Positions 1 through 13,044 are shown, counted from the whole stretch's first letter. The stretch: 63,932 nucleotides of DNA, filler included, from Salisapilia sapeloensis CBS 127946 (GCA_023334545.1; 14 parts of 14 records of this genome joined end to end with filler, not necessarily neighbours in it); one strand, 5' to 3'. The notes: generated by a model from the letters alone, not told the origin. A program made the numbers and translations.

Positions 1-91
1 CGGGGAACTGGAGGCCGGCCTTGGCAGAACGCGTGCTGCTCTTTCCCTTCTTACCACGACCACCGGTAGCTGCTTTTCCCTTGCCAGACAT
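1..91 (-). CDS. H2A: Histone H2A, N-terminal part (truncated by window start)
   Basis: Reverse complement of 1-91 reads MSGKGKAATGGRGKKGKSSTRSAKAGLQFP, the H2A N-tail plus the SxKAGLQFP motif. Too short to appear in the ORF track. Confidence 0.95.
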   Translation of the reverse strand, partial: MSGKGKAATGGRGKKGKSSTRSAKAGLQFP

Positions 92-186
92 GATGAAACT
101 TGTTCTTGCTTGTTGCTTGCAAATCGAATTATGATCGCTTTTGGCTCGTGATTTTTTTTCAAGTTTGTTTACCGGGTGTATACCAG

Positions 187-341
187 CCAATCAAATAATG
201 TATAGGGTAACTTCCGCCAATTAAAGAGTAGATTGTCAATCGAATTCAGTCAGAGTTGGATCATTTTGGTTTTAGGAATGGGTTTAAGCTGACATTTGAC
301 CACCAATCAAAAACAGGTATGGGTAGAAATCCGTCAATTGG
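187..341. promoter_or_regulatory. Cluster of four CCAAT boxes upstream of H2A
   Basis: CCAAT at 187-191, 217-221 and 303-307, and ATTGG at 337-341, all within 250 bp of the H2A ATG. Multiple CCAAT boxes are typical of histone promoters. Confidence 0.5.
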
Positions 342-718
342 ATGGTTTCCCGCGAAAGCGATAGATTTAAAAGTGATACATAGCAGCGGAGCGTAGAGAT
401 GGAAGTCTTCCTTATCATGTACCTGCCTCATATTACTTTTAATACAATCTCTCGAGCCATCCATTTCATCTACCTTTAGTTATATACAAGTCTCCTATCG
501 TTCTTATCCTTATGACAATCTCGTCACTTGATTACATTTCGATATTCGGCACAATGGATAAACCGAACTCTTCCTCTTTCTCTACCTCTATGAACACACC
601 ACCTACGCTCGAAGGAGAAGACCCTTCCCATCTGCAGCAATCTCTCCAATCCATCCGTCAATTCTCCAAGGACCTCGAAGCCTTTCGATCGAGAAAACAA
701 TAAAAGTCCAACGTTTGT

Positions 719-2698
719 CTATTGCAATTTATGCTCAGCCATCATCGCCTCAATCTTCTCTCGCAAGTGCTCATACAGCGTCTCTTTCGTCGCAGCAAAT
801 ACCTTCCTAGCATACGTGTGCATCCCAATACTCGAGCTATTCAAGAGCATTCGATAGATCGGAACCGAAAACTTTTGCTTGCCCTGCTTCTTCAAGAACC
901 AGCCAACGTACTTGAGTCGTCCTTCGACCTCGTTTTTCACGATCAACTGGGCAAAGCGGAACATGAGTTCAAAGTTCTGCGTATGGAGCAGACCCATCAC
1001 TTCGCCAAGACACTCCACTACTTCCTTATGGGCAAACGGAGCTTCGCAGCAACAGTCTAAAAAGTACATTTGCTGTGCCACTGGCCACTCTCGAGCTTCC
1101 TTCGACAGTGCCAAGATATTCGGCTGCACGGGCATCACACCAGCTCGCCAGTAGAACGCCAAGGTTTCACATTTTTGCATCGGATGCTTTGCAGCAGACA
1201 GATCCGGCGTGTACGTAGGGAAGCCGGGTGTATGCAGCCATGTGGAGAACTTAATGTCACTATTCAGCTCGTCTCCATCAGCCAAGTTAGGGAACTTTTG
1301 GAGAAAGTAAGACATCATCGTTTCAGCTGGAATGGAACGGTAGGCAAACTCGTGACAATACTCTCGTAGGAAACTATCAAACGTCTCGGTCGATCCGACG
1401 AGGTGTTGAAGATAGCTAACAAAGGCAAATCCTTTCTCGTACGCACACTCGTTGTAGCAATCAGCTGGGTCAATGCCTTCTTCCAACGGCACGCGCAGAC
1501 GAGATAAAGGTGCGTCTTCGCCCATCGCAAGGATCTCTTCCCGTAACACAGCTTCTCCGACCTTGGCTTCCAGACACATAATCGCACTAGGAAGAAACAT
1601 TAGAGAGTGATAGAGAGAGCTCTGGTGATAGAACGCACCGTCCATCCGTCTCTTCAATAAGACGACGTTCCGCGTACATGGTGAATCCTTCGTTTAGGAA
1701 GAAATCCGACCACGTTGCATTCGTCACGAGGTTTCCAAACCAGGAATGCGAGATCTCATGCGCAACCACTAGGAACATAAGCATCAGTCATCTGGATATG
1801 AAAATGAACAAAAGAATGGCATACGAGAGCATAGAGACTTGTCGCCAGCAATGACTGTAGGCGACACGAACGTTAGTCGAGGGTTCTCCATGCCTCCGTA
1901 ATGTAGAGACGGTGGCATGACCACGAGATCATATCTCTCCCATCGGTATTCACCCCATAACTTCTCTCCGATCTGCAGATACCTCTCTGGCACACCATCA
2001 AACTCATTTCTGGCTGCTTCTAGCATACATGGCTCCGTCCAGACACTCGAACGAGGTCCGATGTCGGCCTTTTCGAGGTTTCCAACAGCCATCGCGACCA
2101 AGTACACTGGAATCGACTGCTGCATTTTGAAGCCAAACGTTCGGCGTCCATCCGGCAGGTCCTTTGGACCCAAGTGCTGAGCACTCATGACACAGACAAA
2201 GCCAGACGGGACCGTCACCTCTGCATCGTACGTGATTCGGACGCTGGGAGAGTCTTGGCATGGGAATATACTACGATTTAATACTTCCTGACCGGTGGTG
2301 TACATGTACGGATGGGTCTTTCCAGCCGTCTGCTCCTTGGTCAACCACGCGATACCAGGTCCATCCGGCTGTGTGTCGTAGCTGACAACCACTTGGAACG
2401 TCTCGTTGGTGGCGACGGCCGGTGGCAATTGTATCACGAGTTTGTCACCGAAACTAGTAAATGGCTGGACTTGGAAAGACGCATTGACGCTGGCATCTTC
2501 GCTGGATGGAGAGACTTGCACGGAGTGGACTTGTAGACGAAAGATGTCGAGAATAAGTTCGTCGGTTTTGGCTTTCGACGTCATATAGAGCGTCGCAGTG
2601 TTGTGCATGACTTTGCTGTCCATGTCGACATCCATAGACAGAGACAGGTAGTGCATCTGGAATGCATCTAAGTCGGCGCATGTTGCTGGGTCCTTCAT
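719..2698 (-). CDS. LTA4H: Leukotriene A4 hydrolase / M1 zinc aminopeptidase, 3 exons, about 623 aa
   Basis: Motifs [21 protein letters not shown] and NEGFTMY, plus YEKG. Introns 1769-1824 and 1587-1638 join the three ORF pieces in frame. Confidence 0.95.
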
Positions 2699-3496
2699 TT
2701 TCCTCGCGTCTCGTACTCGGAATATCTATCTGACAGATTCGCTTGGCAGGTGCGTTCAGTTATTAACCAAGGTGTTAGGACCGTTAGATGGGATGGTTAA
2801 TGTAGCCAAGTGAGATGTCGGCGGTTGGAACGAGGGGATCGATGCGAGGACGCTAGATAGGAAGATACTTTTGCTAGTTTAGCTTGTAGGTACTTTCTTA
2901 GTGACTGAATGTTGAGATGGGGTGGTTGCTTAATAGATATTGTCAAGTGAAAAAGATTTCGTATTGGTGCCACCGTCTGATGTCTACGCGCTCTTTTTTA
3001 TGGTGAATGATGCCAACCCAGCCTTGAGCTCTATGGGGTACTTTAACTGAGAGTTGTATTTCGTCAGCGGCAAATATGTAATTAAGTAGAATCGGACTAT
3101 ATTTGGGTTGTTTATAACTGTGGTGATCTGATCCTGGAAGGAAGTGTTGAGCGACTAGTCATCCTTCTTTCATATCACATGGATATAAAGGCATTTTTTA
3201 TCGCCGTAGTCATGGGTTCTCTCTAGAAATTTACGGAAACAAGCCAGCACATCATCGGTATTCGTGTAGAAGATTTAGACCGTCTTCATTGAGTGAATAA
3301 TCGGGCATTATACCCAAGTCTTTGACCGTTCGTCCTACTCTTATATCATTATCAACCTTCCCTTTCCTATCCACGTATATCGTCCGTCCCTCTGTCATGC
3401 TTTGGCGGGAATAGCACGGTGCATATCGTGGGTTATCGCCGGAAGTCTAGGTTGAAGTTGCATTCGATGTACTTGCGCTATTGAGCTCCTCGCCAA

Positions 3497-3596
3497 NNNN
3501 NNNNNNNNNNNNNNNNNNNNNNNNNNNNNNNNNNNNNNNNTTAATTAATTAANNNNNNNNNNNNNNNNNNNNNNNNNNNNNNNNNNNNNNNNNNNN
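3497..3596. other. Artificial contig-joining linker, first of 13 (others: 6480-6579, 9852-9951, 12945-13044, 14064-14163, 18410-18509, 20717-20816, 22531-22630, 28091-28190, 32598-32697, 48422-48521, 59326-59425, 61588-61687)
   Basis: Each copy is an identical 44 N + TTAATTAATTAA + 44 N. The 12-mer is self-complementary and places stops in all six frames. Confidence 0.98.
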
Positions 3597-3752
3597 CGAG
3601 GTGCCAGGCACGACTGCATCCGGTATGCGGACACTACCGTTGCTCGATCGGAAGGACCACATCTCGAGCGGTACACGAGCGGCATCACCGATTGCCACAG
3701 CAGTCGCTGACGTGAGCAAGCCGACTGTTCTCCAAACGCTGCTGCTCCGCAT
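3597..3752 (-). CDS. Probable secreted GH2 beta-mannosidase, 5' fragment
   Basis: Signal-peptide-like start followed by WSFRSSNGSVRIPDAVVPGT, resembling the W..NGS...A.VPG N-terminal motif of beta-mannosidases. Runs into a linker. Confidence 0.55.
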
Positions 3753-3987
3753 CCTTTGTTAACTGACTACGAAAGGGAGGATCTTTAGGGATTCCAAAGA
3801 GCTAATTCAATAGAAATCATTGCCACAAAAAAAAGTTAATTGACTACCACAACTTCAAGTGGCGGTCGTAAAAGCGCGGCAACATCCAACAGTAAGATAT
3901 CTCGTACAAGATATCCGGTACAGTAGACACTTCTGGAATGTATGCAGCAAACCACCACTCACAAAAGGAAAGAAGAAAGAAAACTTT

Positions 3988-4001
3988 TCATTTCCCAATT
4001 T
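3988..4001 (+). promoter_or_regulatory. Oomycete core promoter (Initiator + FPR element)
   Basis: TCATTTCCCAATTT matches the oomycete consensus TCATTYYNCAWTTT exactly, 20 nt upstream of the kinase ATG at 4021. Confidence 0.75.
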
Positions 4002-4020
4002 CTCACGCGATACCACTAGG

Positions 4021-5588
4021 ATGGCAAGCATGGTCGCTGCGCCGTCAATGCCTCAGTCTGCGCACCTGCATGCCGGTCCAGAAGCTCCTTCGTCACCACG
4101 CATGGTCCTGCAGTACCAAGTACTCCAGACGCTCGGCTCTGGACTGCAAGGCAAGGTTAAACTCGGACTGGACACGACCACGAACGAGCGTGTGGCGCTT
4201 AAACTCATCGACAGCTCGGCGCTCAACCGCAAGAGCCTGCTGAACGTCTACCGAGAAGTAGAGGCCATGGGTCGTGTGCGCCACCCCAACGTCCTGCGTC
4301 TCTCGGCCGTCCACGACGATGTCGTGTACCCAAAGAAGGACGGAACGCGCAGGCCGGTGATCCTGATCGTGCTGGAGCTCGCTACAGGCGGAGAGCTCTT
4401 TGACTACATGATGTACACTGGATGCTTTAGCGAGGATGTGGCTCGCACCTACTTTCGTCAGCTCGTGTCTGGATTGAGCGCATGCCATCGCATGGGCGTC
4501 TACCACCGCGATATTAAGCCTGAGAATCTGCTCATGGACGCCGACTTTACACTCAAGATCGCCGATTTTGGGCTGTCTGGTCTTCGTGAAGGACCGGATG
4601 GAGCGATCACGGAGCTGTATACGCAATGTGGCACCCGGTCGTACATGAGTCCAGAGGTGTTGAGCGGATATCCGTACGAAGGCGAGCCTGCAGACGTCTG
4701 GTCCGCCGGTGTCGTGCTCTTCATCATGCTAGCAGGCTTCCCGCCGTTCCAAATGGCCACGAAGCAGGACTGGTGGTTCCGTGCGTGTGCCGCGAAGAAG
4801 CATCAGGCTTTCTGGGCTGCCCACCAGCGCTCTGCTGTCTTCTCCGATGGCGCGATGAACTTACTTACGCGAGTCTTCCAGACGAATCCGGAGGATCGTA
4901 TCACATTGGACGAGATGAAGGACCATCCGTGGTTCCAACAAGGCTCTGACGTCTCTGGCGCGGTCTTCCGAGATGAACTCGTACGTCGGAAGATGCAAGT
5001 GGAGCACGAAAAGCGTCGTGAGAAGGAAGAGAAGATGCAGCAGCGGAAACACGTGAGTGGAGAGGAGTACGATCCGTTCGATCGAGACGTCTCGCGCTTC
5101 GTTTCGAGTCACGAGGAAGCGACAGAGTACATGGAACAGGCGCCTGAATGTCCTCGCGAGTGCGTCTACGTCCACACGCAGTTCGATACGAAGCACACGC
5201 CTGCTGAAGTCCAGACACGACTGGAGCAGGCACTGAATGAGCTAGACGTTACTTTCACGACGAACAAAGATGCATGTAAGATCAAGGCCACAGATGCATC
5301 CACGGACGTTGCCATCGCCGTACAGATCTACTCTCGTCCATCGGTACGCTCTCATTATAATCGATGTATCGTTCCAAATCTCATTTATATTCGTATGACC
5401 AGGGACATGGATGGCGGGTCGAGTGTCGTCGCACGCGAGGTGACTGTCTCGAGTATCGGAAGCTGTACAAGGCGCTCAGCGACGCCGTCGCGGACCTCAT
5501 TTGGATCGACGCTGAGTCGGACGATGATGACGATACGACCGACTCGTTTGCAGAGGAACTCATTTCGGACGAAGCGCGCATGATCTAG
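4021..5588 (+). CDS. CAMK-group (SNF1/MARK-like) Ser/Thr kinase with a C-terminal KA1-like domain, 2 exons, about 502 aa
   Basis: Motifs GSGLQGKV, VALK, HRDIKPEN, DFG and YMSPE. Intron 5344-5402 joins to VECRRTRGDCLEYRKLY (KA1-like) and an acidic tail. Confidence 0.92.
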
Positions 5589-5672
5589 TCACGTTTTCAC
5601 CTCCTTCACTTTTATAGTTTAATTGTTCAAGCCAACACGAGCTTTCTTTCGTTTGACATTGTCCTTACGTTC

Positions 5673-6479
5673 CTACAGGATCCGGAGAGACGACACACCG
5701 AACGCATCGTCCTCTGCTTCTCGCGTCGGAAATAGCTCTGCGCGCATGAGTTCATCGAGGGCTTGCAACGCTCTCTTCGCGTGGTACTGCACTACTTCGT
5801 CCTTGTCCTGACGCTCGACGACTTTAAGTGTATGGTACAGAGGCTGCAGTTGCTCCGGAACGAGCTCCAGCACCTTGTAGCCGAGTAGCTGGAGGAGGTA
5901 GAAGATGAGGAACGCCGCGCCACGACGTACTGCGACGGTCGACTTGTCCGTCGTGTTTGCTTCCACCTGTAGCACACCGAGCGCGCAGGTAACGACATCC
6001 AAAGCAAACGGATGCACTGCCCATTGTAAGAGAGCGCACATCTCTGCTAGGTTGGACAGACAGCTTGCACGTAACGTCGCGTCTTCGAGCGCTTCAGACG
6101 TGGTCGAGTCGACTTGATCCTCGTCCTTTGATTTCTCTGTGTCGACCTCTTCAATCAGCTTTGGTGCTGCAGATACCGACCGCTTCGTCTTGGGCGGTTG
6201 GACGCAGCTCAAGTAGGCATGGACGAACTTGGACGCGTACTTCGGCAGCGTGTCTCCGCATCTGCGAGCGGAGAAGAGGAGTGCTTCGCTCAGCTTGATG
6301 CGCTTCTCGACAGATGCTGTCTTGTCTTCCAACGCAGCTACGAGCATCGGGATAGCAACATCCGGATGAGCATCTGCAAGCGACGACAGACCATTCACAG
6401 CTGCGAGGAAGACGTAGCTCTCCTGGTCTTCCAACTGCTGCAGGAAGATGGCGAGTAGCTGCTGCACTCTGCTCTGCCA
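5673..6479 (-). CDS. TANGO6: TANGO6/RTP1-like HEAT-repeat protein, C-terminal part (5' truncated)
   Basis: LQQLEDQESYVFLAAVNGLSSLAD...RIKLSEAL and LRASCLSNL match the RTP1 C-terminal region. Open to the linker. Confidence 0.75.
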   Translation of the reverse strand, partial: WQSRVQQLLAIFLQQLEDQESYVFLAAVNGLSSLADAHPDVAIPMLVAALEDKTASVEKRIKLSEALLFSARRCGDTLPKYASKFVHAYLSCVQPPKTKRSVSAAPKLIEEVDTEKSKDEDQVDSTTSEALEDATLRASCLSNLAEMCALLQWAVHPFALDVVTCALGVLQVEANTTDKSTVAVRRGAAFLIFYLLQLLGYKVLELVPEQLQPLYHTLKVVERQDKDEVVQYHAKRALQALDELMRAELFPTREAEDDAFGVSSLRIL

Positions 6480-6579
6480 NNNNNNNNNNNNNNNNNNNNN
6501 NNNNNNNNNNNNNNNNNNNNNNNTTAATTAATTAANNNNNNNNNNNNNNNNNNNNNNNNNNNNNNNNNNNNNNNNNNNN

Positions 6580-9500
6580 CTTCCAGTAATCTCGTTGGTA
6601 CCACACCGTCGTGCCGTCACTTGGCTGAGTCTCTGCCATCGCAAAGGCATCGTCGGGGCAGCGGCTGCGTATTGGACGGACTTCCACTGCTTCCGGTACC
6701 ATTTGCGTGTGAATTGTCGTGGCTGTGTCGTCTTGTAGACGTAGCGTTTCTAGGGCTGTTATCAGTCCTTGACGACTCGGTCTAGTTGGCGCTCGTCTGG
6801 AGGTGCTCTGACGAGTCAAGTTGTCTAGTAGAACGTCAATGTCACTGCTCCCATCGTCTGCGCCGTACTCTTCTACCCGCTCCACTGGTCTCGTCTGCTG
6901 CCTCCGATTGCGATGTCTGCCACCTTGGCTGTGTCTTCTGGTTTGGTTCGCGTTCGAGAAAGAGTCTTGCCGAGTACGGAGCACTTGCTCGAACTGCGAG
7001 TGGAGCAGTCGCAGCTGATCGTTGATAGAAGCGAGTTGTGGTGCAGGAACTTCTGGCTGCGGCACAGGCGCAGTTACTGGCTTGTCCTCTTTCTTCGCTT
7101 GCTCTGGCGTTTGGCCCAGACGACTCGCTGGCTCCCACGAACGGACGGAAGCAAGCTGGTCCAGAAGACACTTGTTCCTGTCCTCTGCCCGCTGGAGTTC
7201 CCACTCGATGCTCCGGTTCTTCGTCTTGGCACGCTCCCATTCCTTGGACAAGACCGCCTGCTCTGCCCGCATCCCGTGCAGCTCTCGCACGAGCTCTGCC
7301 TTCTCCGACTCGCTCTGCGCTGCCCACTGCGCCTTCACTCTCTTCAACGTTTCTTCGCACTTGGTAACCCATCGGGCATTCGCGGCCTCCAGACACTGCT
7401 CCGTCAAGACCTTTGCCCTTCGTTCGTAGTTCGACTCCGCCTGCGCCACTCGCTCCTCCGCGGCCGCCGTACACTCGTGGGCTTCTCGCAGCGCACTCTC
7501 GAGACTGGACAGTTTGTCTGCTAAACCCTGCCGAGACTGCTTCAGCTCCAAGATCTCAGCATCCTTTCGGCCCTGCTCGGCTTCCACAGCAGTGTTCTTT
7601 GCTTTCGCCAGCTCCTCCCGAAGACGATACACCTCCTTCTCTCTCTCTTCAGCACGCTCGCTTTCCTTCTGCCGCCACCGCTCCGCTGCGCTGACCTTGT
7701 CCTCCAGCCGCTTGATCCGGTACTGCTTCTCTTCTCCGCCCGCCTCCAGCTCTCGCATCGCCCTCGACAAACTCGCGACGTCATCCCGCTTCTCTTGCTG
7801 CACACGGCGGCTCTCGGACTCGGCGCTTGCTGCTCGCGCCTCCGCAGCCGCTTTGTCCTGGAGCAGGAGATGGCACTGCGCCTCCTGCTGCGCCACTCGA
7901 TGCTTGGCAGACTCCTCCGACGACTTGCAGCTTTGCATTTCTTGCGACAGCCGCTCCAGTCGTGTCTCCAGACCATGCGCCTGGTCTTCAAGGGCCTTCT
8001 TCTCGCGCTGCACCTTTCTGGTCTCGTCCTCAGCGGCAGCACAAGCCTCTTGCAGCTTAGTAATCACTTGCCGGTGGCTGTCCTGCATTTCATCACGCAC
8101 GCGCTCGACCTGGGCTCTGGTATCTGCATCTGCAGACTCTAGCTTCTTCTCACTCGCCTTTAGCTGCACCTCTAAACTCCTGGATCGACTTTCTTCCTCT
8201 CGTAGTTTCTTCTCTACGTCCGATAGCTCGCTCCTGAGCTCCTCGATGGTGCTGTTGCTGCCTTCCCACTGCCGGCTTTTACTTTCCGCCTCGGACTCTA
8301 GCCGTTGCTGCTCTTTCAGTGCGCTGTCGATCGTTTCCTGCAGCTTGGTCACTCTGCCTTCCGCCTCCAGTAACCTGGCGCTTTCCTCTCTCTTCTGACG
8401 CTCCACTTCTGAGAGTTGGCTCTCTCTCTCATCCAGTTGGGCTTGAAGCTCTTTTGCTCGTGCTTCCGACTCTTGCCGGAGCTTTCCCTCCAGAGTTACC
8501 ATCCTGGTCTTTTCCTCCTCGACGGAAGAGCGTGACCGATCGAGCTCCTCTCTCAGTGACGCCACCTGCTTCAGTAGCTCGCTCTTTTCCTTTGTCGCTG
8601 ACTCCAACGCTCCGTCCCCGCTCTGCTTTTCCTTCGATAGCTCTTCTTGTGCCGAACGAAGCGCCTCTGCTACCTCACTCTTGGCCTTCTCCAAATCCTC
8701 ATTCTTCTCTCTCTCCAACGCCAGACTCTGTCGTACTGCCGCCAGCTCCTTCTGCACCTGCTCTTCCGCTGCTTTCTTGTCGCTGACCAATTTCTTTTCA
8801 AGCGCCTCTAGCTCCTTCTTGTGCGACTTCTTCAGATCGTCCATCTCGCTTGCGCCCGACGTCTTTCTCGCCTTTAGATCCGCCACCTTCATCTTCAAAT
8901 AGTTCGCTTCCTTCGCATCCGCCACAGCCTTCTCCAGCTTGGAAGACAGCTCCTTCACCTCTGCTTCTAGTCGAGTCACGTCTTCACTCGACTGCTTTGA
9001 AGCCGGATACGTCTTCGATGCTACGGACGGCGTACTGTCAACCTCCTGGAAAGACTTTGCGACCGACGCTGCCGAGCTCGCAGTTATAGCACCTCTTCGA
9101 CTCGGTTTCATGGAGAAGGACGACACGGAAGGAAAGTCGTCGATCTCTTCTAGCTCCATGAGCGACGTGCCACCTGGAGTAAAAGACGGTGAGGAGGCCG
9201 AAGGTTTGCTCAAGCTACTTCCTGTGACTGAATTACCGAGAAGAGAAGATGCGCCTGCTCCTCCGGAACTGGTGGCAGGCTTCGATGCATTCTCTACAAG
9301 AGGCTTTGCAGGTTTGCCAAAGGAGCTCACCGTGTCGAATCCATCCTCCTCCGGTTCCTCCAGCAGCCACGATCGGTCTCGTCCAAAACCCATCGACTGA
9401 GGTGCCTGCGGTGCTGCAGCTTTTGCAACAGGAGACTCGGCCTTGCTGCTCGTCCTAGCCTTCTCCATCTCGGCTTTCCTGTCTTGGATCAGCACCTTGT

Positions 9501-9723
9501 AGTGGTCGTCCAGAGGATGGTCCCATCGACTCTCGCCCGTGTCGCCGTTGAAGTAATACAGCGTCCCGTCTTCCGTTTCTCCTTGCTCCCACGGGTCTGG
9601 CAACGGAGCCAGCAGCGCCTCTTCCACGAGACCCAGCAACTCCGTCTCCTTGTCAGGATCGACACCGAGTGCCCGAGCATGGTCAGCCAGAGCCGACTGG
9701 AATTCGAGACTGCTGGTATCCAT
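6580..9723 (-). CDS. CEP164-like protein: N-terminal WW domain plus long coiled coil (3' truncated)
   Basis: ARALGVDPDKETELLGLVEEALLAPLPDPW...YYFNGDTGESRWDHPLDDHYK closely resembles the CEP164 N-terminus. Extensive heptad coiled coil follows. First ATG is at 9723; the track start at 9747 is TTG. Confidence 0.8.
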
Positions 9724-9951
9724 GCTGCCGCTCTCGTCTACATGCAATCGAGCATGTCATTGCAGGCAAAGATGAAACGGTCAGTGCCTTCGCTACTTAG
9801 TAAGAGACAAGCATCCTATTTCAAGACCAAGCTCAGTTTCCACACACGCTCNNNNNNNNNNNNNNNNNNNNNNNNNNNNNNNNNNNNNNNNNNNNTTAAT
9901 TAATTAANNNNNNNNNNNNNNNNNNNNNNNNNNNNNNNNNNNNNNNNNNNN

Positions 9952-12560
9952 AATCTGATGTCTTCCAGCGGATGTTTCCGGTCGTAAATACCAGAGAAAG
10001 TTTTTCTGGATGTTCTCAAGTTGCTTTAGATGAGTTGCTGACGGTCTTATCCACTGAGCCGTATACAGGATACTTGGTAGAAAGATGCTATTCAGGATAG
10101 CGATCCGTCACTGAATACTATTGGTTACTCGGCCTGCCCTCCACATCCTTTTCTTAACCATATAAATCCTTTTTCCCCAGTTTTCTTCTTCCATGTCTGT
10201 CAGTCCCACCTGTATTCCAAGATATCTTGCCGTTTGGTTCCTGGCAAGACGTGGGATCCCTTGATACATTGTTTCTTTGACTGCCATATTTAACGGAATG
10301 TAGGCGCTCTTCTTTGGCTGTACCTCCAGTCCTGCTAGCTCAGCAAATTGTTCCAAATGTTTAATTATTTTTGGCATATCTCTTCCTCTATCAAGAAGCA
10401 CTGCCGTGTCATCGACAAATGATGAGACTTTGTGTTCTTCCGAGCTCTTTGTTGCAATTTTCATTCCCGCTATGGATCGGTCATTCGTTATTGCCTGTCC
10501 TAAAATTTCCACTGCCAACAGGAAGAGTAAGGGTGCCAAAGAACATCCTTGCTTAATACCTGAGGATATTGGATTCTTTGATTAAAGGCAATTATTCACT
10601 TTGAAGGACGCTTTTGTGTTCCTATGCATAGAATTGACTATCTGAACGAATTGTTCCGGTAGTCCGAGATATTGCATGGCTGCTGCCAGAAAGGTTCGAT
10701 CTACCGAGTCATAGGCTTTTCTGAAGTCTAACAAGGTTATACTTGGACAATCTTCGATTCCTTGATGCGTGTCCTTGTATTTCTTTTGCAGAACTCGTTG
10801 CATTAAAATCAGCGACCGGCTGATCTGGCGTCCTCTCACAAAACCTTGTTGTCTGTGATGCACAATTTTACTCAACACCCCTTGAAGTCTCTCTGCATAT
10901 ACTGCTGCATATATCTTATATATCGACTGCAACAATGGTATCGGATGATAGTCTAACGGGCTAGGCGAGTCTCCATTTTTTGTATCGGAAGTATCATCGC
11001 CTTCTGAAGTTGAGTCGGTAACTTCTTGTCCTCAGTCCACCTTTGGAAGTACTCCACCAATAATGGGGCGATCTGCTCCTCATGATCTTTATAAAAGTCA
11101 TTGCTTATACAGTCCGTTCCAACCGCTTTATGTCGTGTCAAGTGTTTAATTGCTTTCTTGACATCTTCTAAAGTTATGGGTTGTACCAGATGCTGTCGGT
11201 CATCTTTCGTCATCCTCGGATTTTTTCTTGGTCCATTCCTTTATTTCCTTGAGTACCTCTTTTTGTTGCTTTATGTGAGGACGGTGATTGAGTATCGGTT
11301 GCCATCCTGCTGCCATCAGATTTGCCGATTCTTGACTGTCCGACGATATCCTCTCGTCCTTCTGTATCGTCGTGATGTACTGGTTGGAATCCCATGCAGA
11401 TACTCTTCTGTAAAAGTGTCTATCATCGTTTGGAAATTGAGTTAGATCATCCCCGAATCGCGCTTGTGCCATTGCTCTTCTTGAATTTTCGTTATGCTTC
11501 ACTTCATCCTTCCAAGAGGTAATCGGCTCATGCTTTATTGCTCTTCGCTTCCTTCGTTTTCGCATACGTTGTCTTTCCGCTTGCCGTTCTTTTTTCAGGA
11601 TGTTCTGCAACTCGTTTTCTGTCTCTGTTCATGGTTGTATCGGCTTCTCGCTTAGTACTCTCTGACTCCATTCTTCCATTCTGGTTCGTAGTCTACTGCT
11701 TATTGTTTCCGGGTTTGAGCTTTTGATCGGATACAAGGCTACCTTCGGTCTGTTCTCCTTCTTATATGGCTCCAGTTTTGCTATTTGCAGGACTACCATC
11801 ATACGATCGGTTTTCACCCTTGGTACTGCTGTGTGGAGGCTCCGTACTTCCCATGTTTCCGTTAATGTGCAATAGAATCGATCTAATCTGCTGGCACCTT
11901 TCTTCGTCCAATAGGTAAACCAGTGAATCGCGTCTCTTCTGTCGTTCTCTTCCTCCTCAGAGACTGATGCTGTTGTGTCTTGGAGTACTTGCTTACGCAG
12001 TAATCTCTTCAGTGCTTTACTCTCTGATTTTCCTTTCACTGTACAGTAATTTTTTATCCGATCCACAGTTGGTTGTACAACACAATTGAAGTCACCTCCC
12101 AATATGCTTGGCTCATCTTTCGGTAATAGTGCCTAAAGGGTTGTCTACATTCTCTCTCGGTTCCTTCCTCTTTGAGGTCCGTATATGTTTACTAATATGA
12201 AGGAGTTGTAGCGAATAGCTAGAACATGCCCTGGGATGGATAGTGTCTCATTTACTCTTATCTTTCCTTTGACATGGGGGGAGACCAATATACCGACTCC
12301 TGCTGTTCTGTTCCCTTTTGCTGACCAAAATGTCAGTCTGTGGGATATGGCCACTTGACCCCAGATTCGTTTCCAATACTGTTCAATCTCGTTTTGTTCA
12401 TTTTCCGTTAGGCAGTGTGTTTCCTGTAAGAACAGGATCTCTGCCCTTTGAGCCCGTGGAAGCATTCTCCAGTTTTCCAACCATTGATGTCTCTGCGTCT
12501 TTGCAAATCCTCCCACATTCTACGTCGCAATTGTGATTCTGCCTTGCTCATGCCTAATTT
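9952..12560 (-). mobile_element. Decayed non-LTR retrotransposon (L1/Tx1-like) ORF2: AP endonuclease plus reverse transcriptase
   Basis: Endonuclease motifs LQETH, VNIYGP, GGDFN and SRLDRFY. RT motifs QQGFVRGR, LDFRKAYDSVDR, GIKQGCSLAPLLF, FVDD and RYLGI. In-frame stops near 12145, 11629, 10582 and 10108, and two compensating frameshifts near 11210 and 10960. Confidence 0.93.
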
Positions 12561-13044
12561 TTTTTTGTTTTTTGTTATCATCTTCATAGTAGAGTGCGTT
12601 CAAATTCATGTAATTGGCGAAGATATCTTCCTTCTCTTCGCTTGTTTTCGTAGTCCTATCATAATTATTATTGAGAGGAGCCCGTGGCTCTCTTATGAGC
12701 CGCTAGCTTCTCCCAAATCCATAAGTCAAATACTTTCCAGGTCGAGTTGTTGGCCGCAATCTGTAAGACTTTTAGAAGATCTGGTGTTGTAGCACAGAGT
12801 CTGAACATTTGAACCATCGCACTCCATGGTTCGTGCAATAGATTCATGCCACACTTATAAAGTTGGTTAAGGTCTCTCTCATACGTTCCTATCGTTATAA
12901 TCCAAAATGCCAGATCTTCTTGTGTTTGCTGCCCAAACCACCTANNNNNNNNNNNNNNNNNNNNNNNNNNNNNNNNNNNNNNNNNNNNTTAATTAATTAA
13001 NNNNNNNNNNNNNNNNNNNNNNNNNNNNNNNNNNNNNNNNNNNN

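Noticed and set aside
7514-8398. Long opposite-strand or off-frame ORFs (also 16222-17184, 20769-21740, 47632-48477, 58152-58886 and many shorter ones)
   Set aside because: They overlap well-supported genes, have no motifs, and are expected shadows of GC-rich, codon-biased coding sequence.
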